64,000 nucleotides of DNA from Podarcis melisellensis. Lineage: Eukaryota. The stretch is taken from the NCBI GenBank assembly GCA_964234715.1, contig OZ174276.1; one strand, written 5' to 3'. Shown piece by piece: positions 49,752-63,323 of the stretch (its first letter is position 1; every line of letters starts with the position of its first letter). The notes below the pieces were generated by a model. That model was not told the origin of the DNA, searched no databases, and saw nothing but the letters and a program-made list of their open reading frames with translations. The translations under genes were made by a program, and so were the position numbers.

Positions 49752-51066
49752 AGCTCTCCGTATTAGAATGCTTAAAAAAAGTTCTGGGTTGTCTTGCAAA
49801 GCAGAGAGTCTTATGCACTTACAGCACATTGATTTATGCACCAGACAAGGTGGTGCATGATACACAGGTGCAATAAAAGGCACAAAACGAAACAAGCAAA
49901 ATCATCATTAAAATTGCCGACTCATTGTAATAAAGTGTAAACAAAGGAACAGGTCTGCGGGCATATAAAAAGCCTTGAAGGGTGTTCTGAAAACTCCTGC
50001 CAAATCACTGCTGGAAAAGTGTTCCAAAGCACGGGACCTGCAACATTAAATACATCTACTTGGAGCCAGTTGAGCTTCTGAAACAACTAACAGTGCTCCT
50101 CTGAATGATTAGCCACACATGTGCCCAGAACTGCCTTTCAAGGGCAGGAAGGCAATGAAGTGTAGGTATGAATGTTCTCACACACATGCACGAACGCACG
50201 ATACGCAGCTACCCAAGTGGGCCCAATGGAGCTAGTTATAAATCTAACAACTTGGCAAGCTCCACACTCCTTCTGTTGTCCATCAATAATTCACTACCAA
50301 GATGCTTGTTGGAGGAGCACCTTCTGGATACATCACAGGAAGCTGTAACTGCTACTTTGCCCCCTCTGACATCTCCATAGAAAAGGAGGCGGCGGCGACG
50401 GGGGGTGGGTTTGGTACTATTTCACTTCAATATCAATAATCCGATCCGCAGATCTTATAGAAGCCACAGAAAAAGCAAGGAAAGGCTGGACGCACCAAAC
50501 AAGCGACTGGCAGTGTGTTTATTTTACCTCCACGCAGCAAAGACCTTATATGGACAAAGGGTGTGCGTGAAGAACTTTGCTTCCCTCTGTAAATCACCCT
50601 CGCTGGATCTGAGTGCATCACATCTGTGTTTGGAGATGGTGTCTGGGCCAGAAGCAAGAAGTTCAGTGGTGGGGCACCCACTGACGCTGCAGCCCATGAA
50701 AGTGCCCTCTGTTGTTTCTCCCCATCCTTCCCCCCTGCGGCCTGCTCACCTGCTTTCTCCAAGCGAGTGAGCTGCGATGGGAGCAAGGAGAAAGAGCAGC
50801 AGAGTCATCTTTCCCTCTTTCTCCAGTGTGGATGGAGCAGTCAAAAAATGGGTAGCAGTGATGAGGAGGGAGGGTAAGACAGCCGGAACTGCCACTGATA
50901 GGCAAGGGAGGAAGGTAATTTTTTTAGCCTTTTCCTGTGAGGATTTGAGCTGCCATCCAGTCAGCCGTCTAAGGAAATAACTGCATGGCAGGAGCATCGC
51001 TGTCCTCCTGCCCTGAATGTTGGCATAAGCTCTGCTCCTAGATCTGATATGGGAAATAGTAGTAGT

Positions 51067-51099
<33 letters not shown>
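51067..51099. repeat. (AAC)n microsatellite
   Basis: Direct reading. Confidence 0.9.
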
Positions 51100-51100
<1 letters not shown>

Positions 51101-52920
51101 CATATATTATTTATACCCCACACATCTGGCTAGGTTTCCCCAGCCACTCTGGGCCGCTTCCAACAGGAGATTAAAAATACATTAAATTTTTTTTCAGATG
51201 AGGATCTGCTCTTAATCAAGGACAATGGGGAGAAGTTGCTGCCTTTCTAGGCATCCGGAATCAACATGGACAGAACCAAATAACTGTGATGCAAGAACTG
51301 TGGCTTTAAGAACTTGTGCATGCTTCTTCCTTCTCCCACCCATTCCTTTTCCCTCACGCGCCATGTTCTTTTAGATATTGAGTCTGAGGTACAGTAAGTT
51401 CACAAGCAGGTCCTGAGTGCAGCCGCATTCTCCTGTCAATTCACGGCACGGGATAAGGGGAGGTTGGTCCAGTACTAGTAAATAGGAATCCATTTGCGTA
51501 AGTTCTTATAACATTGGGGCATTTCCTCCTTAAATCCTCAAACATAAAAAAAAATCAAAAGAAGGAATAAACAATTACAGCAATTCAATTGCATGTTTAC
51601 CCTCTCTTCTTGTGACACTGTATGATTCTTGGATCTCAAATTTACTTGAAAATCTGATTTCATATTATCCCGCTATGGCTTCTGTTTCTTCCAGGAAGGC
51701 AAGGTTCATCCTCTTGTCCCACATTTGAAAACAGTGAAGTAATAATAAAGACACATGAACAGCACAAATGCAGGTGCTGGAAGGAATGGAGGATTTTAGA
51801 GTGGTTGCTATAAGAGAAAAGAGACCAAGGTGTCCAATTCCCTTTTGTATCCTGAAGTGTTTTGCACAAACCTGCAGCAACGGGGTGCAAAGTTCCCCCG
51901 TGCCTCTAAAAATAAACTGGTTAATTGAGTCACACTGCATCAGTTTTGCAATTTGCTACAAAGAGAAAAGGTCTCACCGTCTTCACGGTACAATTTTCTG
52001 TCTTGAAAGGCTTGGACAATTACTGCATTTTTACCTTTTCCCACCGCTGCACGGACACTTCCTTCTTCTTAAAGAGGCTATGAACATTTCAGCTTCAGCT
52101 TAATAAGAAAAGACTGATGTTTGCACTTTGCCAGGAGATTGCACGTGCTGAAGTTTCCACTTGTATAGCTAAGAGGATAATTGAAAAAGATTCATAAAAT
52201 GTGTGAACAAAGCTTTTCAAGCTTTTTAGGGAAGCTGGTGGAGGCTGATGGGTTCTTTAAGAACAGAGACAAAGAGAGCAGGGTGGGTGGTGAGAGAGAG
52301 ACTTGTTTTCTGCCTATTTTATTTCTTCGGTTTCTTCAGAAGCTCCGTCTTGGCATTCAGTAGGGATCCCTGGTGATCTGATCTCCAGCTGGTAAAAAAC
52401 AACAACACTGAAGGTCCAGCTCTCTTCCAGTGGTGTCCATTGGGGCTGGTAGGGCAGAAAGCAGGGAACCCAAAGAGTTGAGAGGAGCCAGAGCCAATGA
52501 CAGGCAGACTGAACTAAGTCTAGCTTTGCCCTCATCATCTTTCTGCTGAGTTTTGCAAGGAGAACACAAAGACAAGGCCGAGACTAAGGAGGAGGACTCT
52601 GACAGGCAGTGCCATGATCCCCTGGGCAGGGTGTAAGGAAAAAGGTAGGCAGGTGGGGGCTGGATGAAGGCAGTTTGAGATTGGTGTTTATTTGAAATTG
52701 TCCCATTTGCCCTTATGGACCAGCCTTCCCCGTTCTCTTCTGTGTTGCCAACCTCAGTCAATATTGAAGGTGGGGGGAATAGTTTCTCTCCTGCCACATT
52801 TCAGCGTATGCAGTTTAGCAGGGTGATCTGTGGTAGGCCATTCTCCCAGATGGATCTTAAGATCAAACTTCATTTTAGGGCAACTTACTTGTACTCATGT
52901 CCACTCAGAAGAGACTCCTT

Positions 52921-53172
52921 TTTTAAAAATATATATTTTATTAAATTTTCTGTTTTACAATTTCAAATAAACATTTTGCATACTTAAGATATTAATGACT
53001 TCCCTTCTTCTCTTTCCATGGTTCATTTTACATATATCCCTGCATATTTACAAAAAGTATACCAATCAGTTTTCCATTATTGCATCCATCAAAACTTAGT
53101 TACACTGTTGAATTTATATTAATGCTGCCAGAGTTTTCAGCTGTACACAATTATTTTCCATATATTCAATAA
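52921..53172 (-). mobile_element. L1 3' fragment (copy D)
   Basis: 7-bp TSD actcctt at 52914-52920 and 53173-53179; FIEYMENNC ORF2 end; AATAAA at 52937-52942 (minus). Confidence 0.75.
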
Positions 53173-53571
53173 ACTCCTTCTGTCAAGCGACTCCTTTCCT
53201 GGCACCCAGGTGAGGGAGCTGGCATGGCCCTGAACATGCCTGAAAACAAACAGCCTCCTCCTGTCTCAAATTGTAGCAAGCCCTGATGATTTCTAGATAA
53301 GTACTTCTATGGACTGCAGGCCATGCCACCCGGAAGAATGGGCATATCTTTTAAATGCCCAGGTGCAATGGAAGCTTATCTGTCCCCCAGGCCTCTTAAC
53401 TGCCTCCTGGTTGCTTTTTTAAAATCGATCCTGTGAGCATGTAAACCCTTACAGAGAAGCAAGCCGTGTCAATTCACAAGTCAGCCAAGCAGAAGAGTTT
53501 ACAGGACCTTGGACAGCTGCAAGAGAAAAGTTGCCACTGTGGAGCAACGCATTATGTGGGCTGACCACGCT

Positions 53572-53822
53572 TGGAGTCTATAAAATTATGCATGGCAGAG
53601 AGAAAGTCTACAGAGAGAGGTTTCTCTTCTTCTCCTCTGTTGTAACACTGAAACCTGGAACCGTTCATCAAAATTAAATGTTGGAAGATTCAGGACAAAC
53701 AAGAGGAAACACTTCTATACACAGTGCATAGTGAAAACAATGGGATTGGCTACCACACAGCAAAATGAGGGCCACCAACCTGGGTGGTTTTAATAGAGAT
53801 GTAGACAAATTCATGGAAGGAT
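53572..53822 (+). mobile_element. CR1 LINE fragment
   Basis: gtctataaaattatgcatgg...acttctatacacag...gacaaattcatgga resembles the CR1 ORF2 C-terminus. Confidence 0.7.
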
Positions 53823-54256
53823 GGGGTGAGGAAGACCACCGCTGCCCTACTGCGCTTTTCAAAGGTTTTAAAAGGGCAGGAGGTAAAAGGAATCTGTCAC
53901 CATTGCTACTTTAAGGCCTCCCCCCCAAAAAACCAATTGCTTAATATTATATAATTTTATTATTTATAACCTACCCATCTGGCTGCCCTCTCAAAACTGG
54001 AATCCAGTTCCACTGCCCTGGGTTTCCTTGTGCAGGAAGGATCATTTCATTTCTTTGGTGCCTTTAACATAGAATCATTCTAGGACATTGTGGAAATTAG
54101 ATGCTGCTGCGCTGCCTGCCATCATTAGGACCAGGTAAGCCATCACTTGCACCAAGTAATGTAGGAGGAGCCCCAGCAGAGAGCCCTTTGGCAGGGTCCC
54201 CTCATACACCTGGAGCTGGCTCACTTATTCTCTGGTGAGTATGCCTAGGTTTGCAG

Positions 54257-54259
<3 letters not shown>

Positions 54260-54336
<77 letters not shown>
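54260..54336. repeat. (GT)n(GA)n compound microsatellite
   Basis: Direct reading. Confidence 0.95.
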
Positions 54337-54338
<2 letters not shown>

Positions 54339-55856
54339 CTCTCACACAGGCTCACACATGCACACACTCTCTCTACCCTAGAATCATTAAAACTGGATTC
54401 TGTCCTGAATTGCAATAAGAGCCCTCTACTTGCTACTACAAGTGATCTAGGAGGGCAAGAATGATGAAAAGAAAAGCTTAACTTAGCAAGATTGTCATGG
54501 AGACCAGGCCCGTATGCAAGAGCCCTGGCGGCTGCCCACCAGGAAAGAGGCAGGTCTCCGAAGGAGGTGCAGCAATACCATGGAAACCCAGGCAGGCATT
54601 GCTGCAGTTGGCAGAGGCTGCCCGTCAGGCTACCTGAGCTCTTGGTAACCCCAGTCACCTCCCTTGGCTTCGGCGACATTATTCTGGAGTTGTGCCTTTG
54701 CTCCTGCAATTGGAAGATGACCTGCTTCATTTTTAACAGATCCACAGATAAAAAAAGAATCTCGGTGTGCCTGCATTTTTATGAAAATGGAGCAAAGCGT
54801 GGCGCGCAGAATTCAATCTCCCATTGGAGATAAAGCGTGTTCATTTACCAGCTCAGGAAAAATCAATACCTGTGATTTGATATGAGCATTTATATTCACT
54901 TAACTCTTTTCTGTCACAGAGCCATGCAGAGGAGAACAGGAGAGCTCTGTTTAATGCAGCAATATCTCTCTGTGTGTGGGGTGGGCATGTGCACCTCCCA
55001 GTACCTCCCCTGAACACGACTGGAAATGGGTCAAAACTAGGTTTCCAGTCATATACTCATTTACCTGCGAGTAAGTCACTGAATTCAGAGGGGCTTACTT
55101 CTGGGTAGATATGTATAGAACTGCACTACACAATGTTTTATTTTTACCTTGCTTTTTTGTTCATTGGTGTGTCTTTTGAAAAGTGCTTTTTTGCGTTTGA
55201 CAATTTTTGGCACTCCTTGCGAACACAGTTGCATTATTTTGATGCTGTTCTATTCAATTCCGCTTCCTCTTTCCCACTTTTCTTTCACTGTCCTCAGCTC
55301 CATTTTCCCGTCCTGCTACATAAACCTGTTGGGTGTGGCAACCTGGCAGACTTTATTTATTTATTTTTCATTGAGAAAATTCCTAGACTGCTTAACATTT
55401 TTTAAGTGAGGTACCACATTTTTTTTGGGGGGGGGGAACCCTCTCATTTTATAATGCTGTTCACGTCACAGCACTACACCTAGCATGACAACAATTTGCA
55501 GAAGTGGTTGCATAAAATCTTGACAGTTTGTGAGAACCAACTGGATTAAGCAAAAGCAAATCTGAGCAAATCAGGTTGAGGGCCGCGGGAGCAAAAAAGA
55601 TGGAATATGCCTCCTACGAGGGTGAGTAAAAGGGCACCAGCCAGCTCCAAAATGGTTTGAATGTTCAGTGCTGTCGGTCCTTATTTGGTGATCTGTGGAC
55701 TTCATCAAATATGCTACTTTCAAAGCATATATAAACGTTACAGAATATTGCATGCAGCTCTATTCAAGAGCTGAGACAAAACAGGAAGAGCATTATCTGA
55801 ATCTTTTCTGCCATATAAAATGCACCCTTCTCCTTTTTCAGTGGCATGTTTTACAG

Positions 55857-56104
55857 CAGAAGTAGGCAACCTAAGGCCCGGGGGCCGGATGTGGCCCAAT
55901 CGCCTTCTCAATCCGGCCCGCCGATGGGCCAGCAATCAGCGTGTTTTTACATGAGTAGAATGTGTCCTTTTATTTAGAATGCATCTCTGGGTTATTTGTG
56001 GGGCATAGGAATTCGTTCATTCCCCCCCTCAAAATATAGTCCAGCCCAACATGGTCTGAGGGACGGTGGACGGGCCCATGGCTGAAAAAGCTTGCCGACC
56101 CCTG
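55857..56104. mobile_element. hAT (Charlie-like) MITE
   Basis: TIRs cagaagtaggcaac / cttgccgacccctg; 8-bp TSD ttttacag / ttttaaag. Confidence 0.82.
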
Positions 56105-56232
56105 TTTTAAAGGGTCAAAAACCAGTGTGGAACTCTTCATGCAGCAGCTGTGCCCCTTGATGACCTCTGGAGTGCTCCAGAGTGCCTCTTCATGACACCC
56201 TTATTACCTGGCATTCTGGCAGTAATGGTGGT

Positions 56233-56308
56233 GCTCCTGCATTGCAGAGGGTTGTGCTAGAGGACCCTTGGGGTCCCTTCCAACACTACAATTCTATGAT
56301 TCTATGAC
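56233..56308 (+). mobile_element. CR1 3' end
   Basis: gacccttggggtcccttccaac...attctatgattctatga. Confidence 0.8.
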
Positions 56309-57918
56309 TCCAGAGTAAGTTCTTTGGCAGTCATGGTCTCCAGCAGCTTTGGTTCTCCTTTGTGTTTAGAAGCCAGTGTTCCTTCCTAATAATACTGACA
56401 TTATCATACAGCGAATCAGATTTGATGATACAACTATGCCAGTAGTGCTAGGAAGAAGAAATCCTTCTAAAACAGAAAACCACATGGAAGCTGAAGACAC
56501 CCATGCCAGTAAACAGCAACTGATGCTTTTGAGAGGGGTTTTTGGGGGGAGGGCAATCATTTTGAGACCCTTAAAACCCAGTATGTGCCTGAAATATTTG
56601 GGGAAGGGCCCATAGCTTAGTGACAGAGCTCATGTTTTTCATGCAGAAGGTCACAGGTTCACCCCCTAGTAGGGGTGAAAAAACTCCAGTCTGAAACCCT
56701 GGAGAACTTCTGCCAGTCAGAGTAGATACTGCTGAGACAGGTCAATGGTCTGAACTCAGTTTGAGGAAACCTCTGTTTCTTTTCTAAGAGTACAGTTCGG
56801 CCCCAGATGAAATCAAACTGAAGGCCACAGTCTTTACAAAGAAGATATTGAAGTTCTAATATATAGCTTTGCATAGAATGGGCACATACAGATGCGAACA
56901 GAGGACATTTCAGGCTGCTGAGACTGCAGTCGTTTCTGTTCTCTGTACAACGGACTGCTTTTCTCCTTAACAGACCAGGAACTGTCTAGAGCAAATATTC
57001 CTACCAGAATAAGAGAAGCAAAATTAACATGCATAGCTAAACCTTGGTATACTTGGATACCTTTGCATACAGCCAACAATAGTACAACATAAGACTTCTA
57101 CTTACAGTCACAGCAAGTGCCAAGGTGACATGATAGTAAAATCAAACAATAATGGCAAATCATAAATGTTCTCACATCCACATTTTTTTAAGGGAAAGAA
57201 TGCTTACGGTCCAATGGGGAATCACACCTCTAAATGGTGCATGCAATTACTCCACCCCTGACCCCTTGGTCCTTGTCCTAACAGTGCAAATGCACATTTT
57301 TGTAGAACCCGCTGGAAACCCAAATAAAAATGTATAGCTTAGCAGTAATCTGGAAACAATAGACTGAGCAGAGAGCTTAGCATTTTGCATTATATTGCAT
57401 GTTTGTTTTCTCCTGCTGGTTAACCTATTGTCAGCAAGGGCAGGATATGCCAAGAGATTGTTATAACGAGCTACTTAGTGTAAGTGATTAAATGCTTGCT
57501 GGTTTCTGTACGGGAATCCAGAGTTATGCTTTAGCCATCTCATTCTATCTGTGGAAGATATTGCTTGAAAGCCTGCATGTACTCCCCAGCAGGGATACCA
57601 CTGTGTCCATCTTAGGGTGCTGGATCTAACCCTTAAGTTGTTCTAACTGAATTTAATATTGTCTTTTTACACTTTCTACCCACCCAGGGACCTTATGCTG
57701 AATGACATGTAATAAATTTTATTCACAGCAACAACTGCCCTGGACATTGGCCACATACTGTTAGATACTCCAGTGCATCAGGAGAGAAGGTACCTGCAAC
57801 ATTTCCTGCCTCTTTACTTCCTGGTTCTTTTACTTGCCTTCTCCCTCTGCTGTGTGGCACACCTGGATAACATTTGTCATAACTGATGAGAGAGGGAGAG
57901 GATAGCAAAGCTAGGTAG

Positions 57919-58208
57919 AGCCAGTGTGGTGTAGTGGTTAAGAGCAGTAGACTCATAATCTGGTGAACTGGGTTCACTTCCCTGCTCCTCCACATGCAGC
58001 TGCTGGGTGACCTTGGGCTAGTCACACCTCTCTGAAGTCTCTCAGCCCCACTCACCTCACAGAGTGTTTGTTGTGGGGGAGGAAGGGAAAGGACATTGCT
58101 AGCCACTTTGAGACTCCTCCAGGTAGTGATAAAGCGGGATATCAAATCCAAACTCCTCCTCCTCCTCCTCTTCTTCTTCTTCTTCTTCTTCTTCTTCTTC
58201 TTCTTCTT
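57919..58208 (+). mobile_element. tRNA-derived SINE with (CTT)n tail (Squam3-like)
   Basis: agccagtgtggtgtagtggttaagagc head, gggttc B box, (CTC)n(CTT)n tail, 8-bp TSD ctaggtag at 57911-57918 and 58209-58216. Confidence 0.88.
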
Positions 58209-61200
58209 CTAGGTAGGGCGTGAATGGTCATCAGAAATTATGCCGGCCTTGTTTCCATTTACACCTGGCGATCTAAAGGTACTTGTCTGGTGGACCCAGC
58301 AGGAGGTGACAATTCCACCTGTCTTCCCTTCTCCAAGACCACAGGTAGTGCATGTTATTTTCCCCAGCATGCAAGGGTGCTAACATGGGGTGTCAGATTT
58401 GATTCGCAGCCATTTTCCCCACCCCTTCAGAAAACCGGAGGCTGGTTTTGTCCATTTGTCTCTAACACATGGTGTGTGCTTGCAACTGAAGAATAAATGA
58501 ACTGATTGTTCTGGGGCTGAGGCGGTGCACTTTGATGGGATCAGACACACGGCCCCTCCTGTTCCTTAGCCAAATCTTGGCAGCAGGTACTAACAAGCAC
58601 TGTAAGGGAGCTGCATAACAATGCCAAGGGGAGTTGCCTATGGCGTTGGAGGGGTACTGTCAACTCTCTTTGCCAGTGTTGGACCACTCTGCTTGCTGCC
58701 TCCATTTCTGGCATGGACGCGGAGAGAATAATCAGGATGCTGGAGAGGGGAAAAATAAATAATAAGCAAGCAAAGCCAGCTTGTCAGTGTTCAGGAATTG
58801 GAATTAAGAGCGCTGACCAGCACTGACCTTTTGTTTACATTTCCCTCTGAAACGAGGAAATAATTGCAGTTTCTATATGATGCTGCCTTCAAATTACACC
58901 CTCTCTCCTTGCTTTATTCAAGACCAGCCAGTGATGACATTAGAGTCCTGAATCAAAACTAAGTGGTTACTATGGTGTCAGGCTGAAATTATGAATCTCA
59001 GAGTCCGCCTGCTTGGAGAAGGAGCAGAGATGGACACATAATTAAAACTGGGGTGGTGGGGGGGGGGAAGAGAAAGAGAGAATAGAAACCACATTGTATC
59101 TGAATAGCAGCAAGATTACATTTCCTAAGCTCTGGTTTAGAGGGGGGGAAATTAGATGTGCTTAGAAATGCAGTTAAATGCATAATCAAGTTGCAGGAAC
59201 AATTCGCTCAGCTTGTATTGCTGGCCTCAGCTTTACCACCTACCTGCTGGTCCGCCACCCCTCCCTCCCTCCCAATAGTTAGTGTTGAGAATAATAATTT
59301 TCGAAAGGTAGTGTAACAATGCATTTGGCACTTGGAAAGGGCTCAAGTGCCCTCCGCTGTGGTTCTTCCCCATAGAGAGCAGCGACAAGCAGCGAGATGA
59401 TTGAGGAGAGACGCAGAAGAAAGTCTGGGGTATCGGGAAGCAGGACTGATTTTGTAATTTCAGCTGTCATTAGCCGAGCTCATTGTGGGCTTGATAGATC
59501 TATGCTGCTTTGTTACAGTTAAGTGGACTGATTGTGGAACACAGAAACATTTTTAGTGACATGACGGCTAATTTAGAAAAGGGGAAAGAAAGAACATGCA
59601 TTATTCCGTAATTGAGTCTCACTCCCAGAACAGCCCTGCCTGTAGCTAAAGTCACTTGGGAATTTGATACTGGTCTTGCAGACAGATGGCAAGGAGGGGG
59701 TGAAATATTTTCATCAGGGAATTTAATACAATGTACCAAATGCATTTTCAACCTGGGTGGGGCAGGCCAGTGAATTGCAAAAGCCACCTGCCTCTTCCCT
59801 CATCCCATTTTAAGACTGAGAGGTGAGGACGGCAAATGAGAAAGCATCAATTCAAAGGCAGGCAGAGCAGAGCAGCTCAGATTTGGTCCACTGACAACCT
59901 GCAGAGCCTGTGCTGGTCTGGCCCCCTCCTTACTCAAGGGCCCCATTTCAGGGTTTTCTACTGATTACTAGAAGCCTGGTTGATGATGCTGGTAGCTTCT
60001 ACCCACCTCCTTATTTGGCCTCATTAATTGCCCTGCCTCTGTCATCTCTCATTCTCTCGTCTATGTAGACCTAATCAAATAAGCAAGCTGCTGGTCGAAG
60101 CTACACTTTGTATAGCCATTATCACTGTTCGTACTGATTTAACATACCAATTAATCTCTTCAAACTTTGGCCTGCTGTCTACTTTTAATTTCCCCAAGAT
60201 ATAAGTGCAAAAGCAGCCTCCCTCTGGAGCACTGTGACGCAGGGCACAAAATCTTAGAAAAATACATGCCTATGGATGATCTGCAAGCATGTGTGAACAT
60301 ATGATCGAGGATATGCCTTAACAGACTTTGCCACCAGCGGTTCAATGAACCTATCTTTGCTCGGGACTATAATAATTGGGATTACCCAGTATCTAGGAGG
60401 CCACAAGAGAGAAGCAGTTCATTATGCTTGGCTCGACAGTTGCCCGGCAGTGAAATAAATGGGTTCCAGTATGATGGAGTTAAATCAAGTCCAATTGACA
60501 AAGGCAGCTCTTCAAAGCTCAAGTCCTTAAACTTCACAGTTTTAAATCCAAGCATTTGTCGAAGAAGAGGATATTCACATCCGAATTAGTAATTTGAAAG
60601 GCACTATTTGTTTCAGCTCCGTAGATGACTTTGTTAACGAAGGTCTTGTTTCAGAGAAGTACTTGAGAATGTATTGAAAACCCATTGACTGCAACAGACT
60701 TGACTTATGTACTTGAAGTTAATGACACAGCTCAGCGCTTCATTGTATGGAGATGCTTTTTATAACTAAGATGTAATTCTGACTGTGGAATCTATATGCC
60801 CAGAGATGATGGCAGAACTATGACCTTAAGTTAAATTAATGAAGGGTTAATGTACAATTAACAACAGCTAATCAATGTCTATCAACTGAGGCAATGTCTT
60901 ATAGTTGTTCTTAGACTGCAGGCAGCATATTTAGGGATGTTGCTGTAAGACAATCATATTTATCCAGCAACTGAGAAGAGGGAAAGGAAATGGGGTATCA
61001 TGCTCATTTTTCAAATCTACTAGATTTGAAAAGAGAGAAAAAGAATAAGTAGCTAGCTAAGTTGGAGGGAGGAGCTGGAGAAGAACTCTGGTGTAATAGG
61101 GTTTTTATTTTGAAGGTAGGTATTATGAGTCCCCGAACCAGTGGTTTACGTGTTTCAAAGACATCACTTAATTTTAGAAATTTTCCTTGTTAAATTGGAA

Positions 61201-61231
61201 CTCAAAAGGAGTAGATCACAAGGGAGAATTA

Positions 61232-62213
61232 TTATTATTTTAAAAAATATTTTTATTGAATTTTTAATCTTTAACAAATTTACATCTTATAATCTAACCA
61301 CAGAGTATATTCCCTACCCCCACCCCACCCCACCCCACAACTTCCCCTAACTTCCCTTTCTGGTTTGTAACATATTAACTTGTAATGCCTGTTATCTTTC
61401 CTAAATATAATAATCTTTAAATTAACCTTCTATAGTTATCTTGTTAATTGTAAGCATTTTTAGTCAAACCCTGCAAGTGAGTCCATTTCCTTACATTGTT
61501 TCTGTAGGTACAACATAAAAGATTCCCAATCTTTATAAAAATCTCTGTGTTCCTTGTCCTTAAATCTTTCAATTAGCTTCACCATTTCAGCGTATTCCAT
61601 CAGTTTTTCTTCCCATTGTTCCTTTGTTGGTATTTCGTCAGCTGCATTCTAGCTGCTGTTGTGGCATACATAAATAGTTTCTTCTTTACTTCTGGCAAAT
61701 CTTGACCTAAAATGTCTAGCAAAAACGCTTCTGGTCTCTTAGCAAAAGTTATCTTAAACATCCTTTTCATTTCATTATAAATCATTTCCCAATAGTTTTT
61801 AATTATTCTGCAATTCCACCACATGTGAAAAAATGTACCTTCCGTTTCTTTACATTTCCAGCACTTATTAGAGCTTGTTCTATACATTTTTGCATGTGTA
61901 ATATACCATCAATATATTTTCATATAATTCTCTTTTAACAATATACAATCAGTAAACTTTAAATTATTTTTCCATAATTTCCCCCACTCTTCCATTTGTA
62001 TATTATGTCCTATATCTTGTGCCCATTTAGTCATTTCAGATTTGACCTCTTCATCTTTAGTCTCCCATTCTAAAAATAAATTATACATTTTCTTTAAAAG
62101 TTTGTTATTGTCATCTACAATTTCTCTTTGGAATCTGGATATGGTATAACCGAATCCTTTCTTATTATCTTCTTTAAAGACGTCATTTAACTGCTGATGT
62201 TGCAGCCAGTCAT
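61232..62213 (-). mobile_element. L1 3' fragment (copy F), frameshifted
   Basis: ORF 61600..61887 has CWKC..HMWWNC and PEAFLL; TSD aagggagaatta / aaggaagaatta at 61220-61231 and 62214-62225; AATAAA at 61252-61257 (minus). Confidence 0.9.
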
Positions 62214-63323
62214 AAGGAAGAATTAGAACATATCCACACTTAGCTTTGGTCTTGCTCAGACATGGAGTTTTTAAGTGTGGACTGTGCTTTGAAAGAGTGG
62301 AGTAAAGGAAAATGTGGATAAGCCGTTACTTGTACAGCAGTAAAGGAACAAAATTGGGGAAATCCTCTAATCCATACCTTTGAGAAATGTCATGGGGCCA
62401 GGTAAGACTGTAAAAGTGTATCTGTTCTGAGGAATTTCCAAAATAAGGGGAATCCATTGTAAACTGCTTTGAAGTTCTATTAGAATCAAACAGTATATAA
62501 CTTTTGTTAAGTAAAAAACAAACAAACAACAACCAGTAGATCTAAAGTAAAGCATTCAGATAAATATTAATACTGTGCTCTGTGACTGTACTGTTCTGAG
62601 AGCGATGAAATCTTGTGGGGTTCTATGGATTTTGCTAGTTGTGACTTTTGGATAGCTGAGGCTAATTGCTTAAAAGAGCTCCTTATCCTAACTGCAGAAT
62701 TGCCAGTTGACACCTGGGCAATTTGCAACAGATTAGGAACGGATATGGCAAGAGCACCACACATCGCATTTCCACAATCAATACAGCTAAAGAGAGAAGG
62801 TCTTTAAAAACAAACAAAAGCCCCTTTGCATCTTTTGCATCCTAGTTCTATACAAATGAAGAAACCAAAAATGCCTACTCAGACAATGGGAGCAGTGCAC
62901 TGACTTGATTCGGGAGCTATTTCTAATATTTTCTAGGTTCAACTGTCCTTTAAATTGCTGCCATTAAAAAGGCTGCATTGACTCTAGTAATTATTACGTC
63001 AACTTTGTTCCATGAGAGGTAATCGCTCCCTCCAACACATGCTGAGGGCTCTTTTGAGACCCTGCCAAAGAAACAGAGTCCAGTTGTTTAGGCAGTTGGT
63101 GGGATTCAGCTGCATAATCTTATGACGGCTGACTGAACTGAATAAACATGCAGCAGCCTACATGTGCAATGGACAGTTCGCAACCCAAGATTGAGACATG
63201 CAGGGCCCCAGAAACCTGGCACAGTTTCATTTATGTATATGGAAATCTATAGACCTCTGCACATTAACAACTATCCTAGTGGTGAACAATAAAAATACAA
63301 TAAATAAGATAGATAAAAAACAG

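Noticed and set aside
50827-50873. Possible 47-nt exon (ctttctccAG ... GTAAGA)
   Set aside because: Good splice signals, but no recognisable peptide or partner exons; cannot be supported without RNA data.
59376-59430. Possible coding exon MIEERRRRKSG
   Set aside because: Weak donor and no homology that I recognise.
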